A DNA stretch of 64,000 bases from Phyllosticta citribraziliensis (Eukaryota): assembly GCF_038025025.1 (NCBI RefSeq), contig NW_027117341.1:1984001-2048000 (forward strand). Reading direction: 5' to 3'. Position numbers and translations under genes: made by a program. The notes beneath the pieces are model-generated. The model worked only from the letters and a program-made list of their open reading frames with translations, had not been told where the DNA came from and made no database searches. Shown here piece after piece: positions 13,180-26,168 of this stretch (positions within the stretch are counted from its first letter, which is position 1; every line of letters starts with the position of its first letter).

Positions 13180-13466
13180 GGTCGCGTGGAGGTGTGGTTG
13201 CGTGAAGAAAGAGAAGGAGGGGCGCGCCGAATTCTTGAACAAGTTCTTCACGTTGCACCTCCTGCAAGGTGCTGCTGTGCGAACTCTGCCTGCACCGTAG
13301 TGAGCTTGATAGTCCAATCAGAGCGAGCCTCTCCTGCCTGTTACACAGCATCCCTGGCGTTGACGTGACAATGAGAAAAAGTAAATACACATGCGTTCCG
13401 TGACAGGATTTCCCCCTTGCAATCTCTTTGTGTGTTTCAGCGTTGAGAAGAAATTTGACCCTGACT

Positions 13467-14292
13467 TCAAGTTGAATTCTCCTCTCGAGTCTTCTCCCAA
13501 GTCATTTTGTTCTCTGAAAAAGTGACCCAAATGAGCCCAGCATCATTTCTTTGATCAAGACACCCTTTGAAGAGATCGTCTGGCACTGACTTGAAGCCAA
13601 ACGAGCAGTACAATCGCAATCCATCCAGGTTGTTGGTCCATTTCCCAAAATTCTCTACTGGAGTATCGACGAACTCAAGGCCGGCAATACGCCCTTCGAG
13701 CGTCGCATCGGCCGTTTCAACTTTCAAGAGTCGGTAAAGACCTCCATGAAGAAGGTTACTCATTTCGTCGGTTTTCCTCGCGAAGTCTGGGTGATTTTCG
13801 CCAAGCAATTCTAGCTCTATGGAACGGAGTCGCGCCGCTTGTAACATCAAGATTGCTGCAGATCTAATTCTCATATTCGCGGAGGCCAGCGAAAACATGT
13901 CGACAGGTTGTTGGTCGTTGGGTGCTTTCGATTCCTTGGTAGGAGCGGAAGGATGTTCAAGCCTTTGCTCAATCAAATCGTCGAGATCAATTTGTGCTCT
14001 TCGGTACGCCCTGATGGCGTCGATGGTGTCCCTCTTGTATGAAGGTAGATGCTCTTGGTCCATTCCAAATTTTTTTGCTTTTTGAACCGTTTTATTGACT
14101 GGCGCGATTGTGACCTTGGTGCGATTCCGCTCAAGATGAATTCCTGCAACCACGCCAGCAATCATGGAACCGGATGCGGCGAGTAAAAAGCCGCGCCGGC
14201 CCATTCTGCAACACTGTCAGCAGGTAGCGCAGAGATGGAGATGGTACATACTTGTGGAACAGAGGGAACTGGGATCCTCCGAAGTAAGGCAT
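13467..14292 (-). CDS. Orphan family B, copy 2; N-terminal hydrophobic segment
   Basis: MPYFGGSQFPLFHK|MGRRGFLLAASGSMIAGVVAG.. with phase-2 intron 14206-14251 (GTATGT..GCTGAC..CAG); 245-aa second exon. Confidence 0.6.
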
Positions 14293-14897
14293 TTTGATTT
14301 TCGAGTTGTCGTTGCGTGGAAGAACGCGAGTGCGCGGGCTTTAAAAGTCGCGCTCGAAGTTGCGCGCAGATCTCTACCGGGGTTCCTCCTCCCCGGCGTC
14401 GACCTCCAAAACAAGCAATTGTTCCGCGTATCATCACCGCCCGTTGTTGAATGAATAGGCGCCATGATTGCATGAAGCCTTCGTTCCATTTCCGTGACCT
14501 CTGGGCCGATTGATATTTGTTCTATAGAGAATTGCGATCTGGGGCATGAGTTCCCTTGCAGTACTTCATGTCGCCGAGTTGACGGAACGCTGATTCCGCA
14601 CTCCCGCTCAGTCTGGCTTTCCTGGTGTATACTTCGGTAAGCAGCATCAGCACAAAAAGCTGTGAGAAAAATATCAAGTACCGTGGAAAAGGTAGGCGCG
14701 CAAAGATTCTGATCCGGCTCATTTGCATCCCTGTCGCCCCACTTTGGGGCACAGCGTCGACTGAACAAATCAGTGCTCGTCACAGGCGCCCAAAGTCCAC
14801 CATGCATCCTTCACCGCCATCTCGGCCAATAGATTTTGCAAAAGCATTTGGGAGCTGGCATTGCTGTTCAAGATGATCGACTGCCAACGGCGGTGAA

Positions 14898-15758
14898 TCA
14901 AGAGCTTGAAATCGATGCATCATCTCCATCTGAGCCGCTAACCTCACCGTTCGCCTGGCCTTCGCCCTGATCGCCTGCCGCAGCCTTCTTCGCCTTGTCT
15001 CTCTGCCTCTTCTTCAGCTTCTTGTCCCGGTTCCTCTTGGCCCTCTTTGCTCTCTCAGCCAACTCCTTTTCGGCCTGAGCTTTTGCTTGCGCTTCCTTGG
15101 CCTCTGCATTTTCCTTCAACTTCGTCCGTACGGCGATTCGCGCCTTCTTTCCCTTTCTCGTTCTCTTCGCAGTCACAGGCGACGTTGAGACGTTGTCAGA
15201 AAGACCAAGAGTTTCTCTCGCTTTTTTGTCCAGGGAAATGCTCGTGACTTTCCAGGGAAGCGCGCAGCCCGGCCACTTTTGCTGCGCCCAGCGCGTCACC
15301 TGATCACCCGTAACGGCGACCGACTCGTGTTGCCGCTGCAGCTCATCGCTCGGCACGCCTGCAAAGTAGTAGGAGTCTGGGCGCTTTGGATTGACAAAGC
15401 CACCCTCGGCATTCTCAAGATCTGGCGACTTAAGGCGGATTTTCTGCGGCGCAGGACCGTCGCCGCCTCTGGCAGGCGCGGCAAAAAGACGAAACTCTAG
15501 CTCTTCATCCTCCGAGCCCGCATCGTGGGCACCTTGAGCAGGCTGAATGACTCCTTGTGGCTGCGCTTCAACCAGCTCGATGCGCGACTGCAGCTTTGCG
15601 CGGAAGAGGTTTGTGAGGTCCGGGTCCGGCGATGAGCGGGTAGAAGATGCAGGCGAGTGGAGTTCATCACGGCGGACGCTACGAGCAACGTCATGAGTCA
15701 AAAGCCAGTTGCGCGACTGGTCAGCGACTTACCGCTTGGCGTTTGGCAGCTCGAACAT
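14898..15758 (-). CDS. Conserved fungal protein, DUF2011-like
   Basis: MFELPNAKR|VRRDEL, EELEFRLF, RPDSYYF, WPGCALPWKV and a Lys/Arg-rich tail. Confidence 0.8.
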
Positions 15759-16448
15759 GGCTGCTGTGGAGTTGGTTGTTGGGATGAGGTGAGATTAAAG
15801 TTTTGCACGGAAGCGGTCCGTCGCGTTGATCTTCCGAGTGGCGCACTAAGCCCTACGCCCGTGCATTACCCGGCGATGGTCCCTGACGCCATCACTTTGC
15901 GCGGAGAACCGCAACATGGACGATGGCGCTTCAAAAACTATTTCGAAACACGTCTGGAAACTCTCAGAAACAATGTCGCGTACAGGGCTAGAATGTGGAC
16001 CAAAAGAATTCGACACAAGACACCCTGAGTGGGCATACTCAACTTCGCAAGCACTTACAACGAAATGAAAATGGTGAACCGACGGTTTCATTTTTTGCAA
16101 GCCTACAGGGAGCCACTGCGGAAGACTGTCGTCAAAGAAATTGCGTGTTGTTGGCGGACAAGAGGCATTGTCGTTACTATTTAAAATTTTGCAACAGGCT
16201 CAGTTTTCATTCACAGCATTCACTTCGCTCTATTGCAGATGGGAGATAGTGGATGTGAGCCACAAATGCACAGAATTTGCTGGCAGGAATTTTCAATCCA
16301 ACCGTCTGCTTGACGCCTAGCAAAAACAACACAGCCCCAAGCTTTCAGCATTGCACCACCCAAAATCCACCAATCCGACCAAGCAGCTTTCCGCCCAAAC
16401 ATCAGTACGCCATTCAGCGCAAGCGCAAGACAACATCAAGCTGCAATA

Positions 16449-16902
16449 ATGTCCCGACCGTCCACACCATGCACGTAAGCATTTGTCCCTCGCAAGCAAG
16501 CGCCCAAAGCTAACCGACGGCAGGTCCTTCCTCGGCAACAACACGGACCGCATGATGGAGTACAACTTCATCAAAGAGCTAGTCCTCAGTCGGTCGCCCC
16601 ACTTCTCCCACAACCCCAACCCAAACCCACAACCAACTGAACCAAAACACGCAGACTCAGGCGCAGTCTTCTACCCCAACTTCGTCGACCAGAAGCTCGT
16701 CTTCAAGGTGCTCGACCCCGACGACGTCCGCGCGACAAAGTACGAGGCCGTCCTCATGGGCCGCTACCGCAACGACCGCGTCATCGCGGATTACTACACT
16801 GTGCTGGAGCGCTCGATGGGCGTCTGCGTCAATCGCCACATGGCGTTGGAGGAGCTGCTCGACGTTCTCGAGCGCAAGCTCCTTAGCCTTCCTAGCTTTT
16901 AG
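16449..16902 (+). CDS. Orphan family C, copy 1 (two introns)
   Basis: ATG 16449 with a GTAAGC..GCTAAC..CAG intron; product aligns with the 17376 gene. Confidence 0.6.
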
Positions 16903-17375
16903 GCTGTGAGTTGTGGGATCGGGATTGGCGGCGGGAACGCGGCGTTCTCGTGGAATGAAGGTTTTGTGCGCATAAATGCTCCTTGTCTACTTGCGGATAC
17001 CTGGTTTGTCTTGTCACTTGACAGCACGACAGCTGCTTTGTGGTCCGAGTGATTCTAAGAGCTTCGTTGGCATTTTGCGATGGAAAAATTCAGCGCATCG
17101 CTGCTACTACGGCCTGCAGTGTCTTAATAACACAATTGAAACCTTCCCATGTTGGAATTCCGTCTGAGCTCACTTTCGATTCCTGAGACATGTAAGCGTG
17201 ATGCCTGCTCACAAAGGCAGATTGGCAATCCAATAGCAAATTGCTGTCTTGAGGCAGCCGTACAAAACAACGGGACAAGTAAGAAGGCGAAAAAGCCAGC
17301 TTATAAGACCAACGCCAGCCCACTACCGCTCTGCTGAACGAGACCCACACATCAAGACATCACCCTACTCCCACA

Positions 17376-17766
17376 ATGCAAGCGCCTCAAAGCTCACCCA
17401 CCAACGCCGCCCTCATCCACACCTACCGCGACCAGATCCTAGGTTCGTTCGCACTCCATCCACCCCATCCACCCAACCCTCCTTTCTAACATCTCCACAG
17501 ACGTCGCAGCAGTCCGGTACCCCGAATACGCACGCCGCCACGTCGTCATGTACACCACGCACGACGCGCAAGCCGTGGCCGTCAAGCAGACGGCGCTTGT
17601 CATGTACCAAGAGACGTACCACCACCGGCCGGCGCGCATCATTTTCGCTCCGACGACGCATCCGGATGCCGCCGTTGCGCTGAGGGATCTGTTGTTTGAG
17701 GTTTCAAGGGATTTGGAGACGTATTTGGGGGCGTTTGTGGAGCAGGCGCAGAGGGCTGGGGCGTGA
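17376..17766 (+). CDS. Orphan family C, copy 2 (one intron)
   Basis: MQAPQSSPTNAALIHTYRDQILD|VAAVRYPEY..ALRDLLFEVSRDL; intron GTTCGT..CTAAC..CAG. Confidence 0.6.
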
Positions 17767-18077
17767 GGTGTTTGGAGTGCGTCGTGTTGGATGGTTGGCG
17801 TGTAGTGGTAGAGGATCTGGTTGCTGAGTGGAAATGTTGAGTTTGCGCTGTGTTGGATTCTTGAGCCGTGGCGTCGAGGTGGTAAAGTGATGGTGTGTGA
17901 ATCTGGAGACTCTCAGCGCCCGTGACCATGGCATCAAAGCCCGCCGGCGTCCTCGTCCGCTGACCCAGCTCTAAGCTTTGTCATAGACTTTTCGCTTCAG
18001 TGACTCCACACGACCATCCATCCATCCCACATCGCCCTTGTCCCAACACCAACAACGATCAACCCAAGCTCTTTCCA

Positions 18078-18785
18078 ATGCACTCACCAGCCGCAAGCAT
18101 GCTCAGCGCAAGCGACGACAGCGTACGTCGATCTCAAACATCTCCAAACCCAACGTCCTCCTAACCAGAACGCGAAACCAGAGCTCTTGCACCGACAGTT
18201 CGTGCACCGACAGCTCGTGCACCACCAGCATCAACAGCTCCAACTCGCAGCTAGAGCTCTGGGAAGGCCTAGCCCCCGCCTACGCCGCCATCGGCTGCCA
18301 AACGCGCCGCCGCCTGACGAGCGCAGCACTCGGCCAAGTCATGATCGACGTGCGCGTCTGGCAGAACCCAGACTACTACGCCGACTACGTGCGTGAGGCC
18401 CGCGTCCCACCCTCCCCTCAGCACCCAAAACCACACCACTAACGCTCCCAACCGCCAGCCGGCCTTCGTGGACCTGTACATCGGCCTGCGCACCACGACC
18501 GCCACCGCCGCCGCCGACGCGTTCCAACCCGTCGACTTGCGCGGCTCGTATCAGCAGGTGTACCCGCGCAGCGACTCGCGCAGTGGCGAGCTCATGTTTC
18601 GCATCTCGTATCGCATGTACGGCGTTTTGTGCGGCGCGGCGCCGTTGCGCTCGCCGGCGTATGTTTTGTTGCCTGTGGAGCTGGACGGCGAGAGATTGCG
18701 GCCTTGCTGCGTTTACGATCGCTGGGAGGATGGCGTCTTGGTGCGTACGACGTGGCATACGCCGTCTGCGCAGCCGTTTCGTTGA
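18078..18785 (+). CDS. Small hypothetical protein (two introns)
   Basis: GTACGT..CTAAC..CAG and GTGCGT..ACTAAC..CAG introns join three exons in frame; contains an SSCTD x3 repeat. Confidence 0.55.
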
Positions 18786-20235
18786 GTGCGGTGGTGAGAG
18801 GGAGTGGAGGGAGGGATGGGATGATGCGAGCGTTGGGCTTAAAGTCCATCGCGCCAACGCCAGCGTGGGCGAGGAATACGCATTCTCTCACGAACAAGGT
18901 CCAGGACCGTCCAGCCAGTCGCGCTGGGCGAAACTACCATGGCTCTATCGTGCCAGTCGATCGTCGCAATGGCATTCTCAACAGCAGTAGAAAAAAGAAA
19001 AAAACCCGAGTCTTGGAAGCGCAGCAGAATAGCACAAATAAAGCAACCCCTCTTCCAAACCCCTAGGCCTTCCTCACCACAAACGCGCAGCGCAGCGCGT
19101 CAGCGTCGACGCCGTCGCCGCCTGTCAGCTCCGGGTGGATCGATCTGACACGACGGGCGGAGCCGAGCGACCCAAGGAACGAAACGGAGATCGAGTTACG
19201 CTTTTGGGCAAAGACAGGCACAGCCGAACGTCTCGGCGGCAGCGAGGGGCGCCCCGCCATCTGGTCCGAGGGCTGCTCGGTGGCTGTCTGGCTCTACGTG
19301 GTTGGTTGAGCGCTGCTTTGTGGCTAAGGTGTATTTCTGTTGTGGCAAGACTGGTCATGACGGGGGATAGATGGGATTGGTCGGCACGCTGTGGTTGTGG
19401 AGAGATGTGGGAGGGGAGACGTGGGACTGGATGGGCGAGTTTTGTGTGTTCCTTTGCGGTGCGGGCAAGCGAACCTGCGGCAACGCGAGCCAGCGCGCGG
19501 TGGTGCGGTCATTCGCAGTGTCACACAACAAGCAGCTGTTGGAAAGGACAAGAGAAAGAGAGTCAGTATCAGCGCAAAAGATGGTCGTTCAAGAGGCAAA
19601 GACGAAGAGGAGACGATAAGCCAACAAACAAACGACAGGGTTCTCGACAGGGGGTCAGTCACGTGGAGACCATACCACCATCCATAAAAAGCTTATATTA
19701 ACCTCCTTAGACCCTGAACTCGCAGTAAACACTCCGTTTCGGCCATCTCAGTAAAGACTCGTCATCACGCAAGAAATTTGAGCAGCATCGCTTCATTTCA
19801 CGTGGGCCGCGCGTCCCCGTCGCGTCATGCACGATTCCCTGCCAGACGGCAGCTGCCCGGCACGCAAAATCCACAGCAAGAACTACAACACCATCACCTC
19901 GATGCAGCCCAGTCCGACTGCCAGAATCCTTGGTCGTCTCGACGTCATGCCGTGACGAACTTTGGCCGTCGCGGTAGCCTTCCTGGAACAGCACTCGAAA
20001 GAAGTCGACAGCGAGCAGCTCTCTCGTCGACTGCGCAACCCCACTTTTTGCTTCTCCCACCCATCACCGGCCGTCGTCGTCGTCTGCTTTAATCTCGCTG
20101 TGGCTGGGCTGGCGTAATCCCTTTCGTGGCCCCCGTCGCAGCAAGGGAAGAGGGAAAGAGATAACAAAACCATCATTCCACGCTGCTTGCTTCTTTGGCT
20201 TCGCGACGACACGTCCCGCCATCATCATCAACACC

Positions 20236-21873
20236 ATGCCTCGCCTGCGCGATCTGGGCGGCAGAGTGCTGACCGAACTCGGCATCCGCACCGTCCTGGC
20301 CTGCCCGCGCGACGTCTACATCATCTACACGACGCGCTTCCTGCGCATGGCGGCGTACGGCGGCGTCGCCCTGATTCTGGCCCTCTTCTTTGAGCGCCTC
20401 TCCATCCCGGACGCGCGCATCGGCCTCTTCATGACGCTCACGCTGCTCGGCGACGTGGCCATCAGCCTGCTGCTCACGCTCGTCGCCGACGCGCTGGGCC
20501 GCCGCCGCACGCTGCTGCTGGGCAGCGTCAGCATGGCGCTCGCCGGCATCTTCTTCTCCGTCTCGTCCAACTACTGGGTGCTGCTGGCGGGCGCCGTCGT
20601 CGGCGTCATCAGCGTCAGCGGCAACGAGATTGGGCCGTTCCGCGCCGTCGAGGAGAGCACCCTCGCCCAGCTGGTGCCGCCCGACGCCCGCGCCGACGTC
20701 TTCGTGTGGTACGTCGTCGTCGGCACGCTGGGCACGGCGCTGGGCGCGGCGGGCTGCGGCTTCTTCGTCGAGCACATCAAGAGCTTCAGCGGCTGGAACG
20801 AGCTGTCGGCCTTTCGCGCCGTGTTTAATCTGTACGGCGTCATTGGCCTGCTCAAGGGCGCCCTGACGCTGCTGCTGAGTGCAAAGTGCGAGGTCGACGC
20901 CGTCAAGCCGGCGCAAGCTGAAGAGGGCGAGGAGGCGGAGCAGGAAGGCTTCCTCATGCAAGACCGCGCCGACGACAACGACAACAACACCAACACCAAC
21001 GAGCACCCCCGTCCCAACACTCCCCCACGACCCCCACCACCCCCTCCCAAAAAAACCAACCCCATCACCTCCCTCTCCCCCTCAACACGCGCCACGCTCC
21101 TCAAACTCTGCTCCCTCTTCCTCATCGACTCCCTCGCCTCGGGCATGGTGCCCTACAGCCTGATAAACTTCTTCCTGGACCGCAAATTCCACACGCGCAA
21201 ATCGACGCTCGGCACCATCGCCTCGTGCGCCTGGTTCGCCAGCAGCATCGGCAACGCCTTCGCCTCGCCCCTCTCGCGCCGCATCGGCCTCGTCCGCACC
21301 ATGGCCTTCACGCACCTGCCCTCGGCCTTCTTCCTCGCGCTGTTCCCCGCCCCCCGCGGCTTGCGCGCCTCCGCGGCCTTGCTCGTCGCCCGCGCCCTGC
21401 TCGCCAGTATGGATCAGGCGCCGCGCTCGGCTTTCCTGAGCGCCGTCGTGCTGCCCACCGAGCGCACCGCCGTCATGGGCATTGTCAATGTCGTCAAGAC
21501 GCTGAGTCAGTCGGCCGGCCCCTCGTTCACCGGCTTGCTGGCCGGCGGCCGCAGGTTCTGGGTCGCGTTCGTCGTTGCGGGCGCGCTGAAGGCCGCGTAC
21601 GATGTCGGGTTGTTGGTCTTTTTTGTCAGGACGCGTTTGGAGGGCGATGGCGGACGCGATGGCGGGCGTGGACGCGACAGCGAGAGCGAGAGCGATAGCG
21701 ACGCAGACAGCCTCGCGAGCTTGGTCGAGGCGCCCGAGTTCGCGGCCGGCGCGCTGTCAGACGACGACGACGACGACGCTGACCGGCTTGTCGGCGCGGA
21801 TGATGGCCGGAAAGGGGCTGTGAGGACGGGTGGCGCAGCGGCGGCGAAAGGGGGGGTTGTAGGTGAGCGATGA
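20236..21873 (+). CDS. MFS transporter
   Basis: 545-aa intronless ORF; ADALGRRRTL, SGNEIGPFRAVEES, RIGLVRTMAFTHLPS, MDQAPRSAF. Confidence 0.92.
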   Translation: MPRLRDLGGRVLTELGIRTVLACPRDVYIIYTTRFLRMAAYGGVALILALFFERLSIPDARIGLFMTLTLLGDVAISLLLTLVADALGRRRTLLLGSVSMALAGIFFSVSSNYWVLLAGAVVGVISVSGNEIGPFRAVEESTLAQLVPPDARADVFVWYVVVGTLGTALGAAGCGFFVEHIKSFSGWNELSAFRAVFNLYGVIGLLKGALTLLLSAKCEVDAVKPAQAEEGEEAEQEGFLMQDRADDNDNNTNTNEHPRPNTPPRPPPPPPKKTNPITSLSPSTRATLLKLCSLFLIDSLASGMVPYSLINFFLDRKFHTRKSTLGTIASCAWFASSIGNAFASPLSRRIGLVRTMAFTHLPSAFFLALFPAPRGLRASAALLVARALLASMDQAPRSAFLSAVVLPTERTAVMGIVNVVKTLSQSAGPSFTGLLAGGRRFWVAFVVAGALKAAYDVGLLVFFVRTRLEGDGGRDGGRGRDSESESDSDADSLASLVEAPEFAAGALSDDDDDDADRLVGADDGRKGAVRTGGAAAAKGGVVGER

Positions 21874-22486
21874 GGGATGAGAAGACTACATAGGCGGGAG
21901 AGATGAGGGGGGAGAGAGAGAGGGGGGGGGGATGTACATCTGTTACTCATTCTTTTTCTTCAGTCTATTCTCCTCGTTTCCAACGCTTTTGACTGTCGTC
22001 CGTTTGAGCGTGCGCGCGCTTATGTAGACTTTCTTATATACCACTCAACGACCACCCATTCTTCCACTAATGTCATCGCCTTTTGTCCTGGTTGAGACTA
22101 CCGACCACTGACACCAACCACCCAGCAGCAAAGAGATCTACATCTACATGACAGACAAACAAACAAAGGACGATGCGATAAGTATACGTACAAGAAACGG
22201 CGGTAGACGCGCTAGGCTGGCTGGCCACAAGCCTCGACCTCGACCCTACCCTACTCAACTCTATTCTACTCTACACTACATACTTCGCATCCCAAGCACC
22301 TGGCAGCGGCCAATCCCATCACCATCTCCACGCGCGACAAAGATCAGACCAGCCGGCCAACACAACGCGGACGAACCGCGCACCGCCCGCCATAACCCAC
22401 CGCCCAACTCGGCGCCGCCTGCGCGCCACGACTCCTCCACCAGCAACAACGACCGCCGCCACCGCCCACGTCAAGCGCGGCAACCG

Positions 22487-25093
22487 TCAAAGCTCATCAT
22501 GCCTCGAATCGGCGTCCGCCCACTTCGCGACCTTGACCTCAGGCATCGCGGCAATTTTGGCAACGAGGCTGGTCCAGCCCGTGAAGTGCTGCGTGCGCTG
22601 GCCCTTGCCGGTATCCGGGTCGTACTGCTCCCAGGCGAAGCCCGTGTCCTGCCAAGAGTCGAAGACGGTGTCGACGAGGTTGCGGCGGAGGTCGTTGTAG
22701 AGGGCGGCGGCGCGGGCGGCGTGCGGGGAGGTCGCGTTGGTCGCCGTGCCGTGCAGCGCGGCGACGGCCAGGTAGTTGATGTTGAGCCAGACGGGCGAGC
22801 GCCAGTAGTTCTCGTCGGTGCCGTACAGCGCGTCGCGGCGCGACAGCGAGCGCAGCCCGTGGTCGCTCCACAGCTCGTCCGGGTCGGCCAGGAGGTCCAG
22901 CACGGCGCCCAGCTTGTCGTCGCTCGACACGAGGCCCAGCAGGTACGGGAACAGGCTGATGTAGCCCTTGTGGCACACCAGCGTGCTCTCCTCGTACGCG
23001 TCGACCGTCGCGTCGCAGTACGCCTGGTGCAGCGCCGACCAGTGCAGGTCGTCGATGTTGCGCACGATGGCCTCGTAGTACTTGGCGTACTCGTCCACGT
23101 CGTCGTCTTCGCCCAGGAAGCTGGCGATGTCCTTGATTGACCGCGTCATCATGCCGATCCAGCTGATCAGGTCGACGTGCAGCTCGCCCGGGTGCGGCGG
23201 CTGCGCCCGCGGGTAGTCGTCGAGGCCGGACGTGAGGATGTGTCGCGGAGTGCGGCCGCGCCAGCGGTAGCCCTCCTTGGACGAAAACGCCTCGCGGTCG
23301 TACGACTTGATGTCGCCCTGCTGCGTCTTGCGGAACCAGAAGTAGTGCTTCTTGAGCAGCGGGTACAGGTCCTTGAGGTACTGCACCGCAGCCGCGTGGT
23401 TCTGGAGGTACAGCGACCCGGCCTGCCCGGCGACGGTCTCCTGGTCGGTAGACAGCACCTCGGACTTGAGCTTCTCGGTAAAGGCGCAGAGAATGAAGAA
23501 GAGCGTAGGGGGGTTGGCGTAGTGCGGGTACTGGACTTGGAACTCGGCCGGCACCTTGCTGCGAGCCTCTGCTCCAAGAATCTGCTCGCGCGCAATCCAT
23601 CCGTCGTCGTCCATCAAGTTGAACCACGACTTGATGATTTGGAGCCTTGGTCTGTTAGCTACAACTAAAACGGTCACGGGCAACACTCACGTCAGATCAA
23701 TGTCCCAGTCCACGATTGGCAGGAGATGGAAACCCTCATCCCACAGAAATCCTCTGGGGAAGAACGGCCTCGAAGGGATACTCGTAAACAGCTCATAAGG
23801 GCCCTCAAGCTTGGGCTCGTTGCGCGCACGCGCCTCGGCGGCCTGCTCCCAGAAGCCCTCATCCTCATCCTCGTACGCAGGGTCGTATGACCGGTCAACG
23901 ACCTCGTCGCCGTAAAAGTAGCCGATGCCGCCGACAAGGTTGGAGAAGAGCGACTTGGAAAACTCTTCGTAGTGCTCGTCGTCAAACGGCGCCTGCGGCT
24001 TGAGGACCTCGTCGTAACGCTTGGAAAAGTCGCCCGTAATGGCCTTGATTTCCTCGGTGACCACCTCCGAAGTGACCTCCTTGGGCGCCGAGGCAGACGA
24101 GTATAGGACGTCGAATTCGAACGCGCCCTCAAAGACCTTCTGGACCAGATGCAGCGAGCCCAAGCCGGGCTTGTTGATGATGGTGTAAATCTGCTCCGGC
24201 GGCGGCATGTGCTCCTGGCCGTACTCTTCGACGCAAGCCTCGACATTCTGCTTGAGGTGCGCAAAGAGCACGTTCTTGACCTGCCAGATGGCCTGCTCCG
24301 GCACCTGGAAGCTGTGCACAAACGTGTGGTCCAGCGGCTTCTTCTGGTACTCAGGGTGCTCCTCGCCCGGATGCTCGCCCTTGCCCTTGGTCACCTTGAG
24401 CACGAACTTGCCCAGCTCCGGTGTCTGGCCCAAAAAGTTGACGTCGCCTTGGTAGCCCGGCTCCTCCGCGTTGTCGTCCTTGACGCCGACGTTGCCCAGC
24501 CCTTCGAGGCTCGCGTACGTGATGACGGTTGTCTTGAGGTTCTCGGGCGCGTCCGGGCGCGGCGTCCCCTTGACCCTGACAGCCCAGCTGCCGCCGTGCT
24601 CGCCGCCGGGGATTTTGACAAACTCGGTCGAAATGTCAATCTGGTTGCCGGCGTCGTGGATTGTTTGGCGACCGCCGCGGCGCGGGTCGAATGCGTCCCA
24701 GCCGTAGCCGGCCATGCCCTCGTGCTGCTCGCATGTGTGGCGGAAGTCTGATCATATATCCATCAGCGTTGCTGCTCCAAAATCCTCCGCTTCGAGCTCC
24801 GTACTGTGTTGCACCGAGGTGTAGTCCTCAACCTTGGCCCACATCAACCCCACAGCCAAGCTCTTGGGAATGCGTGGCCGGACTCCAAAGTATAGGTTCG
24901 GCTTGTAGGGGCCCCATAGCAAGCTTGCGTTGGTGGCTCTGTCGATTTCCTTGACGGCCGCGGAGGTGTCGGCGTTCGCAGCGACCAGCGGAGTCGTAAA
25001 GAGGGCTAGTGCGGCGAGGATGCAGGCCAGCAAGGCCATTGGCGAGCGTGCGGAGCTTCGATAAAAGCCCGACGACGCTCGTAAGGGTGTCAT
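22487..25093 (-). CDS. CWH41: Mannosyl-oligosaccharide glucosidase I (GH63)
   Basis: LLWGPYKPNLYFG, PSRPFFPRGFLWDEGFH, LTSGLDDYPRA, YWRSPVW, HFTGWTSL; signal peptide and C-terminal HDEL; start could instead be the ATG at 25039. Confidence 0.96.
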
Positions 25094-25472
25094 GATCGAA
25101 TTGGTGGAGGGGTGAGCTCCGGTCGGTGGTGAAGCAGCTCGAGCTCGACAGCTTCAAAGTAGCAGACGTGGCGCTCGGCGCGACCGGCCACCACTTTGAC
25201 CAAACAGCTTACGTCACGGCCGGAGCTCAAGAAGACGAAGCCATCGCATTGCAAGAGGAACTGCTCTATAAGTGCTTGGAAGTGCTGTTGAATTGGTATC
25301 TCGGTAGGGAGGCTCTCATTCTGAAGCCTCGCTTTGTGATGTACAAGAGGCCACTTTTTGTCCCAGTTTGCAAGCTCCGACGCCAAAGCCTATGCTTGTA
25401 AACACCCTTGCAATAATATTCTCCTTGCCCACTGATCTTGGATCAATCCATGCCTCGACCCCATAGCCACGC

Positions 25473-26168
25473 CTAGCCGGGACTGAGCGGCCTGTTGAAA
25501 CCTCCGGTACGATTCATGTACTGTCTGTACTGTGTGACCTTCTCCTTCTTAACCGCATAGTTGAACTCGTTCCCGGGCACTTTTTGTTCGTGCGTTGACC
25601 GGAACTTGCTGAAGCCCATGACTCTGTGCATCTCCGCTTCCTCAGGATCGACATCTTCCCTATCCACGTCCATGGCTTCGCCATTGGTGTTGCCATTGGC
25701 CTGGGGCGGTTGGTACTCCTTTTCCCATGGCCGCGCGCTGGGTTGTGTTGGCCCGCCGGCAAAAGGTAGAGAGCCTGCGCCTTTGCGCGGACGGCCAGCA
25801 CCACCCTTTTCGGCGGCAGGAGCGCGAGGTCCACGCGGTGGGCTTCGTCTTCGATCGCGGGAGTCGTGCGGGCGCGGCGAGCGGGACCTGTCGCGGTCGT
25901 CTGCTCTGGTTAGCAAAAGTCGCTATTCAGACGGGTTTGGCATACCTTGTCTCCGCCGGTCCCGACTGTCACTCCTATCCCCGCGCTTGTCGCCGCCCCG
26001 CCTGTTGTCGTGCCTGTCTCTTGACCGCGAGCGAAATCTGCCACCGTCCTTTCTTCCACCGTCTCTAGGCCCACGGGCTGGCGGTGGTCTGCTCGTGTCG
26101 TCGTTGTCCCACATTGATGCAGAGTCCGGCCTGCGCCCAGGTCTGCGCCTGAATCCCTGGTCGACCAT
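25473..26168 (-). CDS. SNRNP27: U4/U6.U5 tri-snRNP 27 kDa protein (DUF1777)
   Basis: RS-rich N-terminus; MGFSKFRST..KVPGN..YRQYMNRTGGFNRPLSP; one intron near 25901-25945. Confidence 0.9.

Noticed and set aside
20173..24751. Long antisense or alternative-frame ORFs over the MFS and CWH41 genes
   Set aside because: Shadow ORFs caused by high GC3 codon usage
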